Positions 21,587-33,300 of a stretch of 64,000 bases of DNA are shown here, in pieces. A program made the translations under genes and the position numbers. Below the pieces are notes generated by a model that did not search any database, had not been told where the DNA came from, and saw nothing but the letters and a program-made list of their open reading frames with translations. Origin of the DNA: an uncultured Bacteroidales bacterium (GTDB lineage: Bacteria > Bacteroidota > Bacteroidia > Bacteroidales > WCHB1-69); NCBI GenBank assembly GCA_905233745.1, contig CAJODA010000007.1, forward strand, positions 1,248 to 65,247, given 5' to 3'. Every line of letters starts with the position of its first letter. The first letter of the stretch is position 1.

Positions 21587-21594
21587 TATCTTTG
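21587..21594 (+). promoter_or_regulatory. -7 box TATCTTTG upstream of bamD
   Basis: Exact TAnnTTTG match, 17 nt upstream of the ATG at 21611. Confidence 0.45.
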
Positions 21595-21610
21595 CACGTT
21601 TTGAACTAAT

Positions 21611-22537
21611 ATGGTTAAGAATCGATTCAAGTTATTGGTAATTATTACGTTGGCTGTTCTGACGGGGGCGTATGCCACTGGCATTTCCGCACCTTCGATG
21701 CCCGTGTTTCATCCGATTCCGTTGTGTGGCGACACCGTGCCCGGCAAGGAAAAAGCCAAAAAGCCCAAAAAGCTCAAAACAGTCATGGCGGGCAAGAAGG
21801 TCACCTTCGAGAATTTCGACCAGCAGTACGAACGTGCCATGCGTTACTATAATAACCAGCAGTTCCTCTCGGCGGCAGGCCTTTTCGAGGATCTTTACCC
21901 ACTCTCTCTGGGTACTCCTCGCGCCGACACCATTCTGTTCCTCTTCGCGCACTCCTACTACATGAACGGTGATTATGAGATGGCCGCTTTCCATTTCCGT
22001 GACTATGTGCGGCGGTATCCCAACACCAGCCGAACCGAGGATGCCTTTTATTACGGCACATCCGCCATCTATAAAACCAGTCCTGATTATTCGCTTGACC
22101 AAAGCAACACCGAATATGCCATTGAGCAAATCAAAGCCTTTATCCAGGCCTATCCGAATAACGCCCATATCGAAGAGTGTAATGTGATGCTGGACGGGCT
22201 GCGGCTCAAACTGGCCCGCAAGGACCTGGAAGTGTTGATTCTTTATTACAACACCGACCATTACGAAGCTTGTCAGATTGCGGCCAAGAATTTCTTCAAT
22301 GATTACTCCTACTCTCCGCTCATGCCGGAAGCCATATACTATCTGGTGCTCAACAATTACGAATATGCCAAGCGGAGTGTGGAGCGTAGAAAGGAGGAAC
22401 GCTACAAGGCCTGCCTCGATGCTTGCAACCGACTGCTCCTCAATTACGGGGAAACCAAATACACCAAAGAGGTGGAGCGGATTTCAAGAGATGTTCAAAA
22501 GCAATTGTTAAAGTACAATAATAATTCACAACAATAA
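21611..22537 (+). CDS. bamD: Outer membrane protein assembly factor BamD (TPR lipoprotein)
   Basis: 308 aa, signal/lipoprotein-like N-terminus, TPR-like repeats, followed by an rpoZ-like gene as in other Bacteroidetes. Confidence 0.8.
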   Translation: MVKNRFKLLVIITLAVLTGAYATGISAPSMPVFHPIPLCGDTVPGKEKAKKPKKLKTVMAGKKVTFENFDQQYERAMRYYNNQQFLSAAGLFEDLYPLSLGTPRADTILFLFAHSYYMNGDYEMAAFHFRDYVRRYPNTSRTEDAFYYGTSAIYKTSPDYSLDQSNTEYAIEQIKAFIQAYPNNAHIEECNVMLDGLRLKLARKDLEVLILYYNTDHYEACQIAAKNFFNDYSYSPLMPEAIYYLVLNNYEYAKRSVERRKEERYKACLDACNRLLLNYGETKYTKEVERISRDVQKQLLKYNNNSQQ

Positions 22538-22547
22538 TTATCAGATA

Positions 22548-22880
22548 ATGAAAGCTGCAGATTACAAGAAACTCAAAATCGACCTTTTTGCCAAAACCAA
22601 GGACATCCGGCAGTATGACAAGGAGACGGGCAATTATTACAAGAGCATCGTCATCATGTCAAAGCGTGCCGACCAGATTGCTGCGGATTTGAAACAGGAG
22701 TTCCAGGAGACCTCTCTCCAGTACGCCTCCAATTCCGACACGCTGGAGGAGGTGTTCGAGAACCGCGAGCAGATAGAACTGTCGAAATTCTACGAACAGC
22801 TTCCCAAGCCCACCCAGCTGGCACTGTACGAATTTGAGAACAACCAGGTCTATTTCAAAGACCCTGAGACCAACGCCTAA
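22548..22880 (+). CDS. rpoZ: RNA polymerase omega-like (Rpb6 family) protein
   Basis: 110 aa. The segment YKSIVIMSKRADQIA resembles the omega/Rpb6 core. Conserved position after bamD. Confidence 0.65.
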   Translation: MKAADYKKLKIDLFAKTKDIRQYDKETGNYYKSIVIMSKRADQIAADLKQEFQETSLQYASNSDTLEEVFENREQIELSKFYEQLPKPTQLALYEFENNQVYFKDPETNA

Positions 22881-22894
22881 GACGTCATTCTGCC

Positions 22895-24094
22895 ATGTCC
22901 GGGAAGCACATCGTCATCGGCATCACGGGAGGTATCGCCGCCTACAAGTCGCTGTTTCTGATCCGGTTGTTCAAGAGCAGCGGTTATGAGGTTAAGGTGG
23001 CTGCCACCCGGCATGCGCTGGAGTTTGTGACTCAGCTCACGATAGAGACCTTGTCGCAGAACCGGCTTTATGCGGACATGTTTGAACCCACCCTGCACCG
23101 CGATGTGCAGCACATCAGCCTGGCCGATTGGGCCGACTGTGTGGTGGTTGCCCCGGCCACGGCCAATATTATCGGGAAGTTCGCGCACGGTATTGCCGAT
23201 GATGCGCTTTCCACACTGTTGCTGGCCACACGCAAGCCCATCTTCATTGCTCCTGCGATGAACGACAAGATGTTCGGGGAGCCGACCGTGCAGCACAATA
23301 TTGAGTTGTTGCAGCAGAAGGGCTGTCGCATTATTGGTCCGCAGAGTGGCTTTTTGGCATGTGGCAGCACGGGCGCCGGCAGGATGGAAGAGCCCGGGCA
23401 GATTTTCCGGGTCGTGCATCAGCATCTCACGGGTGCTGGCCGTCTCGCGGGCAAAAGGGTGATGATTACCGCCGGTCCTACCTACGAACCTATTGATCCC
23501 GTGCGCTTTATCGGCAACCACTCTTCCGGACTCATGGGCTTTTGCCTTGCAGAGGCCGCCGCCGCAGAAGGCGCTGAGGTCACCCTCATTACCGGCCCTA
23601 CGCACCTCTCCTGCCAACACCCTGCCGTTTGCCGCGTGGATGTTACCACCGCAGAACAGATGTTCCAGGAGTGCATGGCCATTGCCGAACAACAGGACAT
23701 CATGATCCTGTCGGCGGCAGTGGCTGACTTCACACCCGCGCAAGTGGCCCCGGAGAAGATCAAAAAGGTGAGCGACTCCCTTGACCTCCACTTGGTGAAG
23801 ACCCGCGATATTCTCGCAACCCTCGGGAGCCGGAAACGTGAGGGCCAGCTGCTCATCGGCTTCGCTTTGGAGACGGAGCACGAAATCGAAAACGCCACCC
23901 GGAAACTACATACTAAAAACGCAGATGTCATCGTTCTTAACTCGCTCCGCGACAAGGGTGCCGGATTCGGTACCGCCACCAACAAGGTGATGATGATCAC
24001 CAAGGAGGGCAAAACCTTTGAGAGCGAACTGAAAGACAAGCACGCCATCGCCAACGACATCCTGGATGTGGCCTGCACCATTATTAAACAATAA
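22895..24094 (+). CDS. coaBC: Bifunctional phosphopantothenoylcysteine decarboxylase / phosphopantothenate-cysteine ligase
   Basis: 399 aa. N-terminal flavoprotein domain (IVIGITGGIAAYK, PAMN) and C-terminal CoaB domain (ITAGPT, SSG). Confidence 0.95.
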   Translation: MSGKHIVIGITGGIAAYKSLFLIRLFKSSGYEVKVAATRHALEFVTQLTIETLSQNRLYADMFEPTLHRDVQHISLADWADCVVVAPATANIIGKFAHGIADDALSTLLLATRKPIFIAPAMNDKMFGEPTVQHNIELLQQKGCRIIGPQSGFLACGSTGAGRMEEPGQIFRVVHQHLTGAGRLAGKRVMITAGPTYEPIDPVRFIGNHSSGLMGFCLAEAAAAEGAEVTLITGPTHLSCQHPAVCRVDVTTAEQMFQECMAIAEQQDIMILSAAVADFTPAQVAPEKIKKVSDSLDLHLVKTRDILATLGSRKREGQLLIGFALETEHEIENATRKLHTKNADVIVLNSLRDKGAGFGTATNKVMMITKEGKTFESELKDKHAIANDILDVACTIIKQ

Positions 24095-24105
24095 AGACAA
24101 CCACA

Positions 24106-25014
24106 ATGAAGAGACTCTGCCTGCTGCTCATATTATCCCTGTTGTGCGGATGCCTGTCCGCCCAGGATTTCCAATGCCAGGTGTCCATTAACGCCAACCA
24201 GGTGGCCGGCGGTGCCAACCAGCAACGCTATAACGATCTGCAGCAGAAAATATATCAGTTTATCAATGACCGTAAGTGGTGCCAGTATAATCTCAAAACC
24301 AACGAGCGTATTGAGTGCTCCCTGCGTATCAACCTTACGGAGGTGAGTGGCGATGTGATGAAGGGCAATATGACCATCACCCTGCAGCGCCCCGTTTATA
24401 AAGCCAGCTATAAGACCACCTTGCTCAATTTCCAGGACAAGAACATCCAATTCACATACGCGGAAGGCGATCCGTTGGAATATGACGACAATGCGAACTT
24501 AAGCCAGTTCACGGCCCTTATTGCCTATTACCTCAATCTTTTCCTTGCGGTGGAGTTTGACAGCTTTTCCATGAATGGAGGCGCCCCATACTACTCCAAA
24601 TGCCAGTCCATCGTGAATTTCAACGCCAATGCGAAGGAGAAGGGCTGGTCGGTGGCCGATAATGGGCAGAGTAATCGCTATTGGATTATCGAGAACCTCA
24701 CCAACAGCACATACAGCAGGCTTCATGATTTCTACTATCAATATCATCGTCTGGGCCTTGATGTGATGAGCGAGACTCCGGATGCCGGACGTGCCGTCAT
24801 CTTGGAAAGTCTCCGTTTGCTCCAGCAGGTGAATGCCCAGAAGTCAGGACTTGCAATGGTGAAAATCATCATTTCCTCCAAATCGGATGAGATAGTCAAT
24901 ATTTTCAAGGAGGGTATGCCTAGCGAGAAAACGCAGGTCATCAACATCATGAAACAGATTGACCCGACCAACTCCTCCAAATACGAGTCTATCAACACTA
25001 CCAGCAGCAAGTAA
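24106..25014 (+). CDS. DUF4835-family secreted protein (family recently linked to T9SS as PorD)
   Basis: 302 aa, signal peptide, typical coaBC-DUF4835-recN neighbourhood. Family call is from memory. Confidence 0.65.
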   Translation: MKRLCLLLILSLLCGCLSAQDFQCQVSINANQVAGGANQQRYNDLQQKIYQFINDRKWCQYNLKTNERIECSLRINLTEVSGDVMKGNMTITLQRPVYKASYKTTLLNFQDKNIQFTYAEGDPLEYDDNANLSQFTALIAYYLNLFLAVEFDSFSMNGGAPYYSKCQSIVNFNANAKEKGWSVADNGQSNRYWIIENLTNSTYSRLHDFYYQYHRLGLDVMSETPDAGRAVILESLRLLQQVNAQKSGLAMVKIIISSKSDEIVNIFKEGMPSEKTQVINIMKQIDPTNSSKYESINTTSSK

Positions 25015-25016
25015 TC

Positions 25017-26702
25017 ATGCTCCAGACTCTTCAAATAGAGAATTATGCGCTGATTCGCTCTCTGTCAATCTCTTTTGACGAGGGTTTCACTGTGATTACG
25101 GGTGAGACGGGTGCCGGAAAGTCCATCCTGATGGGTGCACTGTCGTTGATATTGGGCAACCGTGCGGATACGGATGTTCTTCACGACAAGTCCCGCAAGT
25201 GCATTGTGGAGGGGTCGTTCAATGTCAGCGGCTATCCGCTGAGCTCTTTTTTTGAGGAGCACGATCTTGACTATCAGGAGGTCACGACTCTTCGAAGAGA
25301 GATTAACGAACATGGCAAATCACGTGCTTTCATCAATGACACGCCAGTGAATCTTGCCACATTGAGGGCTCTGGCCTCGCAGCTCATAGATATTCACTCC
25401 CAGCATCAGAATCTTTTGTTGCAGGATTCTGTATTCCGTCTGGATCTTATCGACCAGTATGCGAAGAACCGCGACTTGCGTCAGGCGTATGTTGCGGCAT
25501 TGTCTGAATGGCGTCAGGCGGAGCAGGAATATGCCGGATTGAAGAACCGTTGTGCCGAGGCTGCCCTGCAGCAGGAGTTCAACAACTTCACTATCCAGGA
25601 ACTGGAGAACGCGCAGTTGCGTGCTGGCGAGCAGGAGGAGACGGAGAATGCCGCCCGTCTGCTCAGCCATGCCGAAACCATCAAGCTGCATCTTTACCAG
25701 GCGGCCCAGCGCTTGTCAGAAAATGATGGTGATAACATCATACAGCAGCTCAAGTCCGTGCAAAACGAATGTGCTGCCATCAAGGATATTGATTCTGATT
25801 TTCTGGAAATCCACCGGCGCATAGAGTCTGCCTTGCTGGAATTGGGGGACATTGCCTATGACATCGCCGCCAAGGAGCAGTCCGTTGAGGTTAATCCTCA
25901 AGAGTTGGACAGGCTGAACGAACGCCTGGACCTGTTGTACGGTTTACAGCACAAATACCAGGTGGACACGGTTCAGGATCTGCAGCATCTGCTTGATCGT
26001 CTTAAGGAAGAAGTGTCGCAATACACCGACAGCCGGGAGCAGTTGGCTCAACTGGATGTTCGCAGGGGTGAATTGCGGGCCCGGGCGGAGGAGCTGGCAC
26101 GCCGGCTGACCGCTTCGCGCCAGGAAGTGGTGCCGGCCCTGCAAGCCGAGATGGAGGAGCGCTTGAGACAACTGGCCCTGCCGGACAGCAATTTCCAAAT
26201 CCGCCTGTCCCAGGAGAGTGCTTTGCGTGAGCAAGGTGCCGATGTGGTGGAGTTCTTGTTCTCAGCCAACAAGGGGGTTGCGGTGTCTGATATCGGCAGG
26301 GTGGCTTCGGGAGGTGAAATGTCCCGGGTGATGCTTGCCTTGAAGTCCGTCATCACCGACTCGGTGTTATTGCCCACCGTGATTTTTGATGAGATAGATA
26401 CGGGCATTTCGGGGGAGGCGGCTGCATGCGTGGCTGAGGTGATGGATGCCTTTTCGCGCAGACACCAAGTGATTGCCATCACCCATTTGCCCCAGATTGC
26501 CGCGCGTGGGAGCCGGCACTATCTTGTGTTTAAGGAGAATCGTGCTGGCCAAGCTGTCACGGACCTGAAGGAACTCAATCTGGAGGAGCGTGCGCAGGCA
26601 ATTGCCACTATGATATCCGGAAGCACGCCTACTGATGCGGCGTTGAGCACGGCCCAGGAACTTATGAATGTTGCAAGGCGTAACGAATCCAGACAACTAT
26701 GA
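25017..26702 (+). CDS. recN: DNA repair protein RecN
   Basis: 561 aa SMC-like protein. Walker A GETGAGKS, long coiled coil, signature/Walker B (GGEMSRVMLAL ... IFDEIDTGISG). Confidence 0.95.
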   Translation: MLQTLQIENYALIRSLSISFDEGFTVITGETGAGKSILMGALSLILGNRADTDVLHDKSRKCIVEGSFNVSGYPLSSFFEEHDLDYQEVTTLRREINEHGKSRAFINDTPVNLATLRALASQLIDIHSQHQNLLLQDSVFRLDLIDQYAKNRDLRQAYVAALSEWRQAEQEYAGLKNRCAEAALQQEFNNFTIQELENAQLRAGEQEETENAARLLSHAETIKLHLYQAAQRLSENDGDNIIQQLKSVQNECAAIKDIDSDFLEIHRRIESALLELGDIAYDIAAKEQSVEVNPQELDRLNERLDLLYGLQHKYQVDTVQDLQHLLDRLKEEVSQYTDSREQLAQLDVRRGELRARAEELARRLTASRQEVVPALQAEMEERLRQLALPDSNFQIRLSQESALREQGADVVEFLFSANKGVAVSDIGRVASGGEMSRVMLALKSVITDSVLLPTVIFDEIDTGISGEAAACVAEVMDAFSRRHQVIAITHLPQIAARGSRHYLVFKENRAGQAVTDLKELNLEERAQAIATMISGSTPTDAALSTAQELMNVARRNESRQL

Positions 26703-27343
26703 AAAAACACGTTCTTATATTATTAGGTATGCTTTTGCTGCTGCATACGGCGCAAGCCCAGCGTGGCAAAGGCCATCAGGTCAGCCGGTTTACCTATATG
26801 ACTACGGTGGGCTACGCCAACGGTTTGGGCTCCATCAATCTGAAAGACATTGACGGTACCACACTCAAGTCTGTGCCGAACAGCATTCCCAATTTTCAGA
26901 TTCACCAGCTCCTCGCTTACCAGTTCGATAACATCTTTACCATGGGTATTGAGACCGGATTCGACATCTGGCGTCGTACGGCTTTCATCCCCATTTATCT
27001 TAATCTCAGTTTTAACATGACCAATGCCACCAAAGTGACACCTATGACCTTCCTTAATTTGGGATGGGGGTTCAAATGGTATGGGAATACAACGCCGGAG
27101 ACTACAGACAGAGTGGTGCATGGCACCAAATGGGGACCCTCTGGAGAATTTGGACTTGGCTTGAGGGTGCGTTTCACCGAAAAGCTCTCCTTGGTGATAG
27201 CGGGAGTGTATAAGATGCAGTACACCAAAATCGGTTATTCTATAGTGCAGGATGGTGAGACAGACTATTCCCATCTATACCCCAACACATATCAAAACGC
27301 TTTTTATCATTTCGCCGGTGTCAAAATTGGCATAGCATATTAA
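26699..27343 (+). CDS. Small outer-membrane beta-barrel protein
   Basis: 214 aa, signal peptide, alternating hydrophobic pattern, terminal aromatic residue (IGIAY). The ATG overlaps the recN stop (ATGA). Confidence 0.6.
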   Translation: MKKHVLILLGMLLLLHTAQAQRGKGHQVSRFTYMTTVGYANGLGSINLKDIDGTTLKSVPNSIPNFQIHQLLAYQFDNIFTMGIETGFDIWRRTAFIPIYLNLSFNMTNATKVTPMTFLNLGWGFKWYGNTTPETTDRVVHGTKWGPSGEFGLGLRVRFTEKLSLVIAGVYKMQYTKIGYSIVQDGETDYSHLYPNTYQNAFYHFAGVKIGIAY

Positions 27344-27350
27344 TTGCCTT

Positions 27351-27545
27351 ATGAAAGAAGAACTCACCTATACGGAAGCTTTCGGACAGTTGCAGGAGAT
27401 TGTCAAGAAGATGGAAGACGCGGATATTTCTGTTGATGACCTGTCTGACAATATCAAGAAGGCCGCCCGATTGATTAAAATTTGCAGAGACAAACTCACC
27501 AAGACCGAGGATGAGGTGAACAAAACCATAGCAGAACTCTCCTGA
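27351..27545 (+). CDS. xseB: Exodeoxyribonuclease VII small subunit
   Basis: 64 aa, XseB-like helical hairpin (FGQLQEIVKKMEDADISVDDL). Confidence 0.85.
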   Translation: MKEELTYTEAFGQLQEIVKKMEDADISVDDLSDNIKKAARLIKICRDKLTKTEDEVNKTIAELS

Positions 27546-28195
27546 TGTCCACTTTTGAACTGATAGACCGCACGTTGGAGGCTTATTGTGAGTCGCACAC
27601 CTCCCCGGAGAGAGAATTGCTGTATCGTCTCAACCGGAGGACCAATTTGGAGACGGTGAACCCGCGTATGCTTTCAGACCAGTTGCAGGGCCAGTTTCTG
27701 AGTTTTGTCTCGAAGATGATGAAACCGGCACGGATTCTGGAGATTGGCACGTTCACCGGATATTCGGCGCTTTGTCTGGCGGAGGGCTTGGCCCCTGATG
27801 GAGAACTGCACACCGTGGAGATTAATGTGGAGTATGAGGACCGTATTCGGGAGTTTTTCAGTCAGTCGCCGTTTGAGGCGCAGTTGTTCTTGCATCTTGG
27901 AGATGCTTTGCAGTTGGTGCCCGAGATGCCCGGCGAGTGGGACCTGGTGTTCATAGACGCGGATAAGGAGGACTATCTGCGGTATTACGAGGTTGTGATG
28001 CCGAAAGTGCGCCGCGGTGGCTTTATCTTGGTTGACAATGTGTTGTGGAATGGCAAGGTGGCCGAAGATATTGCGTGCAATGACCGTGACACGAAGGCTA
28101 TAGATGCATTCAACGCATACGTGCAACAGGATTCTCGCGTGCGTAATCTGCTGCTTCCATTCCGCGACGGTATCATGATAATAGAAAAACAATAG
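27545..28195 (+). CDS. Class I SAM-dependent O-methyltransferase (caffeoyl-CoA OMT / YrrM-like)
   Basis: 216 aa. Motif [12 protein letters not shown], acidic metal-site residues (FIDADK, DN). Confidence 0.85.
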   Translation: MSTFELIDRTLEAYCESHTSPERELLYRLNRRTNLETVNPRMLSDQLQGQFLSFVSKMMKPARILEIGTFTGYSALCLAEGLAPDGELHTVEINVEYEDRIREFFSQSPFEAQLFLHLGDALQLVPEMPGEWDLVFIDADKEDYLRYYEVVMPKVRRGGFILVDNVLWNGKVAEDIACNDRDTKAIDAFNAYVQQDSRVRNLLLPFRDGIMIIEKQ

Positions 28196-28200
28196 AACCT

Positions 28201-28881
28201 ATGCGCATAGATATACTCACCCTTTTCCCGGATATGTTCACAGGAGTGTTTGGAAACTCCATCCTTAAGCGTGCCGTTGACAAGCAGCTGCTTGAGTTGC
28301 ATACGCATGATATCCGCAGCTATACTACCGACAAACACCATAAGGCTGACGACTACCCCTTTGGCGGCGGAGCTGGCATGGTGATGATGATTGAACCCAT
28401 CGCCAAGTGCATTGAGCAGTTGAAGAGCGAGCGTGACTATGACGCCATATACTTGATGGCCCCCGACGGAGTTACGTTCAACCAACACAAAGCCAACGAA
28501 ATGTCAATGCTGAATAATATTATTTTGTTGTGCGGTCATTACAAGGGGGTGGATGAACGTGTGCGTGAATTGTACATAACAGAAGATATTAGTATTGGCG
28601 ATTACGTGCTTTCCGGTGGTGAGCTTGCCGCTATGGTTATCACGGACGCTTTGGCCCGTATTATCCCCGGTGTTATCGGCGACAGCACCTCTGCCTTGTC
28701 CGACTCTTTCCAAGACGGCCTGCTTTCCGCTCCGGTTTATACCCGCCCTGCCGACTTTCGGGGGCACCGAGTCCCTGATGTGCTTCTCTCCGGAAACGAC
28801 AAGATGATTTCCGAGTGGAAACTCGAACAGCAACTGCTGCGCACCAAGCTCCGTCGCCCTGACCTTCTGAATGAACAGTAA
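28201..28881 (+). CDS. trmD: tRNA (guanine37-N1)-methyltransferase
   Basis: 226 aa, TrmD sequence ([12 protein letters not shown] ... [10 protein letters not shown] ... GGELAAMV). Confidence 0.95.
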   Translation: MRIDILTLFPDMFTGVFGNSILKRAVDKQLLELHTHDIRSYTTDKHHKADDYPFGGGAGMVMMIEPIAKCIEQLKSERDYDAIYLMAPDGVTFNQHKANEMSMLNNIILLCGHYKGVDERVRELYITEDISIGDYVLSGGELAAMVITDALARIIPGVIGDSTSALSDSFQDGLLSAPVYTRPADFRGHRVPDVLLSGNDKMISEWKLEQQLLRTKLRRPDLLNEQ

Positions 28882-28888
28882 ATAATCC

Positions 28889-30208
28889 ATGAACCCTCAA
28901 TCAGACATATCGGCCAAATGTGCTACCCGTGGCGCTATGCCGCGCAAGCGGTTCTTTTCAGACAACTGGCACTTTAACGTCTCTTACGTGCTTTTGCTGA
29001 TAGCCGTCGCCACGTTGCCCTTTACCAACTGGGCGTTGCTGCCCGTGGCTTGCCTGATGTTTGTCAACTGGATGGTCGAATGGAATTGGAAGGAGAAGTG
29101 GAGCAATCTCCGGCACAATGCGTCCACCCCAACCATCATCATTCTCTTTTCCGTCTATCTTCTTGCCATATATGGGTTCTTCCTCTCCTGTAACAAAGGT
29201 AAAGCCCTGGCGGATATTGAGTGTTACCTGTGGTTCCTGGCCGCACCGCTTTATCTGCTGACCTGCAATCGTAAGGATGCGAGCAATGAGCGGATCCATA
29301 CCGTGTTCATGTTTTTCGCCCTCTCCACGTTTGTGCATCTGTGCATATTGTTTGTTATAGCTATTCAAAACTATGTGCAGACTGGAGATGACATCTTTTT
29401 ATATTATGAGAAATTTTCCATAATCCGTCACCCCTCATACGTGGCCATGTATGCTACCTTCTCTTTCTATTTCTTTTTGGATTTTATCAATAGGAACCGG
29501 ATGAGACTGTCAATAGGGCTGAAGATACTGTTTTATGTGATGATGACGGTCATGTCCGCCGGAGTTTTCTTTTTGCAGTCGAAGGCGGGCATACTGGTGT
29601 TCTGCATATTGGCGGTTGTGTGGCTCGTGTATCTGCTGTTTGTGCGCAGCGCCAATAGCGCAGCCCTGCTGGGTGTTATCATTGTCGTCGTCAGTGTCGT
29701 AATTACGCTCCATGAGAAGGATTTGCTGCCAATTCATCGGTTCAAGGACACGATCGAGGATGTGAACAGATTCAAGTCCAATCGCCAGGGGAGTGGCAGC
29801 AGCGAGATCCGGCTTACGGTGTGGAGGTCAACCCTTGAGATCTGCCGGAAGAACATGCCGTGGGGCGTGGGTACGGGCGATGCAACAGACGAACTGGAAG
29901 CCAATGCGGTCAGAAATGACTACAAGAACCTCGTTGGGCGACACTTCAATGCACATAACCAGTATTTGCAGTCACTGCTGAGCACCGGTATCCCTGGCAT
30001 TATGGTGGTGATAGCCTACACACTGCTTCCGCTGGTTATGGGTATGCGCAAGAAGGACGCGCTCCTCTTCTCATTTTCCATAATTCTCATATTGAATGTC
30101 TTCGTGGAGTCGATGTTTGAGGTTCGCGGTGGAGTGGCCTTTATCGCGATCATGCACGTTTTGCTTTTGCTTCGTTTGGTTCCCCGGGAGCCATCCGGTG
30201 AAATTTAA
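28889..30208 (+). CDS. O-antigen ligase/polymerase-like integral membrane protein (Wzy_C type)
   Basis: 439 aa, at least 10 predicted TM segments with a large loop containing HNQYLQ-type residues. Confidence 0.65.
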   Translation: MNPQSDISAKCATRGAMPRKRFFSDNWHFNVSYVLLLIAVATLPFTNWALLPVACLMFVNWMVEWNWKEKWSNLRHNASTPTIIILFSVYLLAIYGFFLSCNKGKALADIECYLWFLAAPLYLLTCNRKDASNERIHTVFMFFALSTFVHLCILFVIAIQNYVQTGDDIFLYYEKFSIIRHPSYVAMYATFSFYFFLDFINRNRMRLSIGLKILFYVMMTVMSAGVFFLQSKAGILVFCILAVVWLVYLLFVRSANSAALLGVIIVVVSVVITLHEKDLLPIHRFKDTIEDVNRFKSNRQGSGSSEIRLTVWRSTLEICRKNMPWGVGTGDATDELEANAVRNDYKNLVGRHFNAHNQYLQSLLSTGIPGIMVVIAYTLLPLVMGMRKKDALLFSFSIILILNVFVESMFEVRGGVAFIAIMHVLLLLRLVPREPSGEI

Positions 30209-30226
30209 CAACTGGTTGTTAAATTT
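30201..30226 (+). terminator. AT-rich palindrome overlapping the stop codon of the ligase-like gene
   Basis: AAATTTAACAAC-TG-GTTGTTAAATTT. No clear T-run follows. Confidence 0.35.
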
Positions 30227-30280
30227 GACTAAAAATTTTCTATATTTTATAATTATTTTCTCTTGGTTTAATAATTTTTG

Positions 30281-30288
30281 TATTTTTG
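30281..30288 (+). promoter_or_regulatory. -7 box TATTTTTG upstream of the 1119-aa surface protein gene
   Basis: Exact TAnnTTTG match, 55 nt upstream of the ATG. Confidence 0.45.
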
Positions 30289-30343
30289 CCACGCAAAACC
30301 AACCAGCCTCCTAAGGGGGGCGTGAAACCAAAAATTAAACACC

Positions 30344-33300
30344 ATGAGGAAACAATTCTTTTTATTGTTTTGTATTTGTATGCTCGTGCATACGGCTTTA
30401 TCCCAAAAACCTGTTTACAACTTCAGATTGACGGTCACGCCGATAGTGGCCACCTGTCAGGGGAACGGTGAACTCCACTGTGGCCTCGAGTACGATGACG
30501 GGTTGTCGTTGGAGCAGGTTCGCTACTATTACATTCCATTGTCGGGTTTGGATTCCATAGTGGAGACCAGCATGCCTGTTGTGACGCATCTCCGGCCAGG
30601 TGATTATAAAGTCAAGGTTTCGGCCCTATGTGGCACGGGGCTCCCTGGTGCGGACGCCTATCTCATTCTAACCGATTCGGTGCCTTCTGTGACCGTGGGG
30701 ACCACGTATGATGTGCCCGTGAGCGGGATGCTCTATAACATCTACTCTAATGGTTCCCCACATGGTATCGTGCCGTCGATGGCCTGCGAGCCCACGGGCA
30801 AACTCCAGGTGAAAATACAGAAGGGCTCTTTTCCCTACTATGTTGACATCTGGAGTGTGGAAGACACGGGGCTGGTATTTTGGAAAACGTTGACCTTTGA
30901 CTCGAACATGTATCATGGCGTCGACTCTATCCGGTATGACTATCAGCACTATTACACAGTGGACAGTTTGTCAACAGGCAAATACCGTCTCCTTTGCCAC
31001 GACGGATGTGGGTACTACATGCCCTATTTGGAGGCCTCTGTGCCCAAGGTGCGCTATTACGACCACCTGTCGAACCATCTGCTGCGCAACAGTTCCGGAA
31101 TTCCGACCAGTAGCAATATCCTGACTTTTAAGGAAGTTCGGGACGAGCATGCCTATCTGGGGAGCAATGACGATTATTATCGGCAGACGGATCGCCCTTT
31201 CCCGTATCAGTATCGTTTTGTGAACCCGACCCTGGGAACAGAATCGGACACCACCCCTTGGCATACTATGCCGGATTTTGAAACCGCCACGTTCCTGTAT
31301 GACACCTTGTCTGCGCTTCGCGATTACGGGGATATATGGGGACGAGATGTGATACTGCAACTGCGCCCGCCCTGCGGAGACACGCTTTTCTCCTATTCGT
31401 TTACGGTTTACAATCAGGGCAATAACGGATTCTTTAACAATGTAAAGCAAGTTAACAAGCATTACTCCGAGACGCTGTTTGATTTCTGCGGTTACGATAT
31501 GACGCCTTTTTATTATGATGAAATCATTTGCGGATTGAATGTGGTGCATTTGCGTGCCTATTGTACCGATCCGGATTCTTTAAACTGCCATGTGCATTAC
31601 GGCTACACCCTTAGTGGAGGGATACCGAACTCAGGGCAGGGGGCGGAGTTGCACAGCTATATCACGCTTCCATTAAGACATAAGGTTATCAACGTGACTC
31701 AGGACACGGTGGTTTCAGCCGGAGTGATAGAAGGGGAAGATTACCTGTGGTCCGCTCTCCTCCTTCAGAATATGGACTTGCATGGGGATTCTGTGATCTT
31801 TGAGATTACAGACTATCATTACAATCCGTTAATTACGGAGATGATTAGGTTTTCAGCAGACACAACCCGCTTCCAGCATAACGGCGCCAGGAATGACAAG
31901 CATTGGGAGCGTTGGGAACCGGTTGAGACCGAAACCTTTTGTCCGGATTCGGCCCGTAGCATTGGCATTTACTTCGAGGGAAGTTATTTGCATAAAACAC
32001 TCATGATAGAGGGAGAGTTGCACTATCAGTTTGATCGGGATACGATATGTCTGATTGAGAGTCCGGGAAACAACCGGTATAATTTCACGGGTATTCCGGA
32101 TCAAGAGGGAGATTGGACTATTATTCGGGAGCAGGAGGCCAACCATGCTGTTATTTGCAAGCGGTTTGTAATGAGCGGCGTTACGCAAAGGATGGCATTG
32201 GTGCTGACCGACACCAATCTCTTGCCCGGGAGATACGTGTGGGTGGTAAAGGCTCCATGTCCCTTCATTGACACCATGATTATAGAGGTGGACTATGACC
32301 TGCCCTACGTGAGCGAGTTGCCGGAGTATGAGTTTGACACCACCTGTACTGCGCTGAACATAACGCCGTTGAGGGGAATGTATAGTCATGGTGGAGTGGA
32401 ACTGGAGACATTCTTCCAGGTTACCCAGGCAGACACGCTGGCACATACGGCGTCGGCGGTCAAGCGGGGAGAAGTCATGTCCGTGGGGGTGCCCGGAAAC
32501 TACCGTATCTGCATGTACACGCTTCCTCATGACGAGGGTCGTCTTTTGGCCAAGAATCCCTGTTATGCCATTGACACGGTTATTGAATGGAACTATGTGA
32601 CGGTGCAGTTGGAGTACATTTATGGTCACGTATGCACGGCGGTTGATACCGTGGGGTTTGTTCGAGCGAAGGGGATCAATGGGAAGTCGCCATACACATA
32701 CCGGCTATACAGCGCCCCGGGAGGCAGCGGAGATCTCATTGCGGAGAACATGACGGGTGTGTTTGACCATATTCCCGTGCGCTACGAACAGACCGTCTCG
32801 GTGGAGATCACGGATGCCTGTAATGCACACTTCATCACCAATCTGACCATTAGTGATATGGACAAGATCAGAAAATGCTGGGCAGAGGATAATAAGGGGG
32901 ATTTGGTCCTGAATCTTGGTGACACCTGTCGTTTTTACGGATTGTCGCTTGGCGATGTGTCGTACCGGTGGACTGGGCCTGACGGGTACATCGGGAACAC
33001 GCAGAATGTTGTGGTGCTCATGGGGAGCGAAGCCTGCTCCGGAGCGTACTGCATTGCAATAGAAGGTGGTGGCTGTGGGGTTTTGAGCGACAGTGTGATG
33101 GTGCAGGTGCGTCAGCGCCCGTGCCCCGGAGCGGTGGATTATGACGGAAACAGCTATGCGGCTGTCCGTATCAACGGTCTTTGCTGGACGCAGGCCAACC
33201 TGCGTTCGGAGCATTACAGTGACGGTCGGCCGGTCACGGTGCAGGTGTATCGGCATCCCGACTTCTCGCAGGAGCAGATGGTGGCGCTTTTCGGGTTGCT

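Noticed and set aside
22877-23881. 334-aa ORF antisense to coaBC (likewise 13628-14350 versus fba, 48471-49211 versus trpS, 50662-51223 versus prmC)
   Set aside because: These occur in GC-rich housekeeping genes, and the antisense products are Arg/Gly/His-rich with no domain signature.
30263-30302. 7-bp inverted repeat (TTGGTTT/AAACCAA) flanking the promoter box of the 1119-aa surface protein gene, as a possible phase-variable inverton
   Set aside because: The repeat is too short and the enclosed segment (26 nt) too small for known Bacteroidales invertons. No recombinase gene lies nearby.
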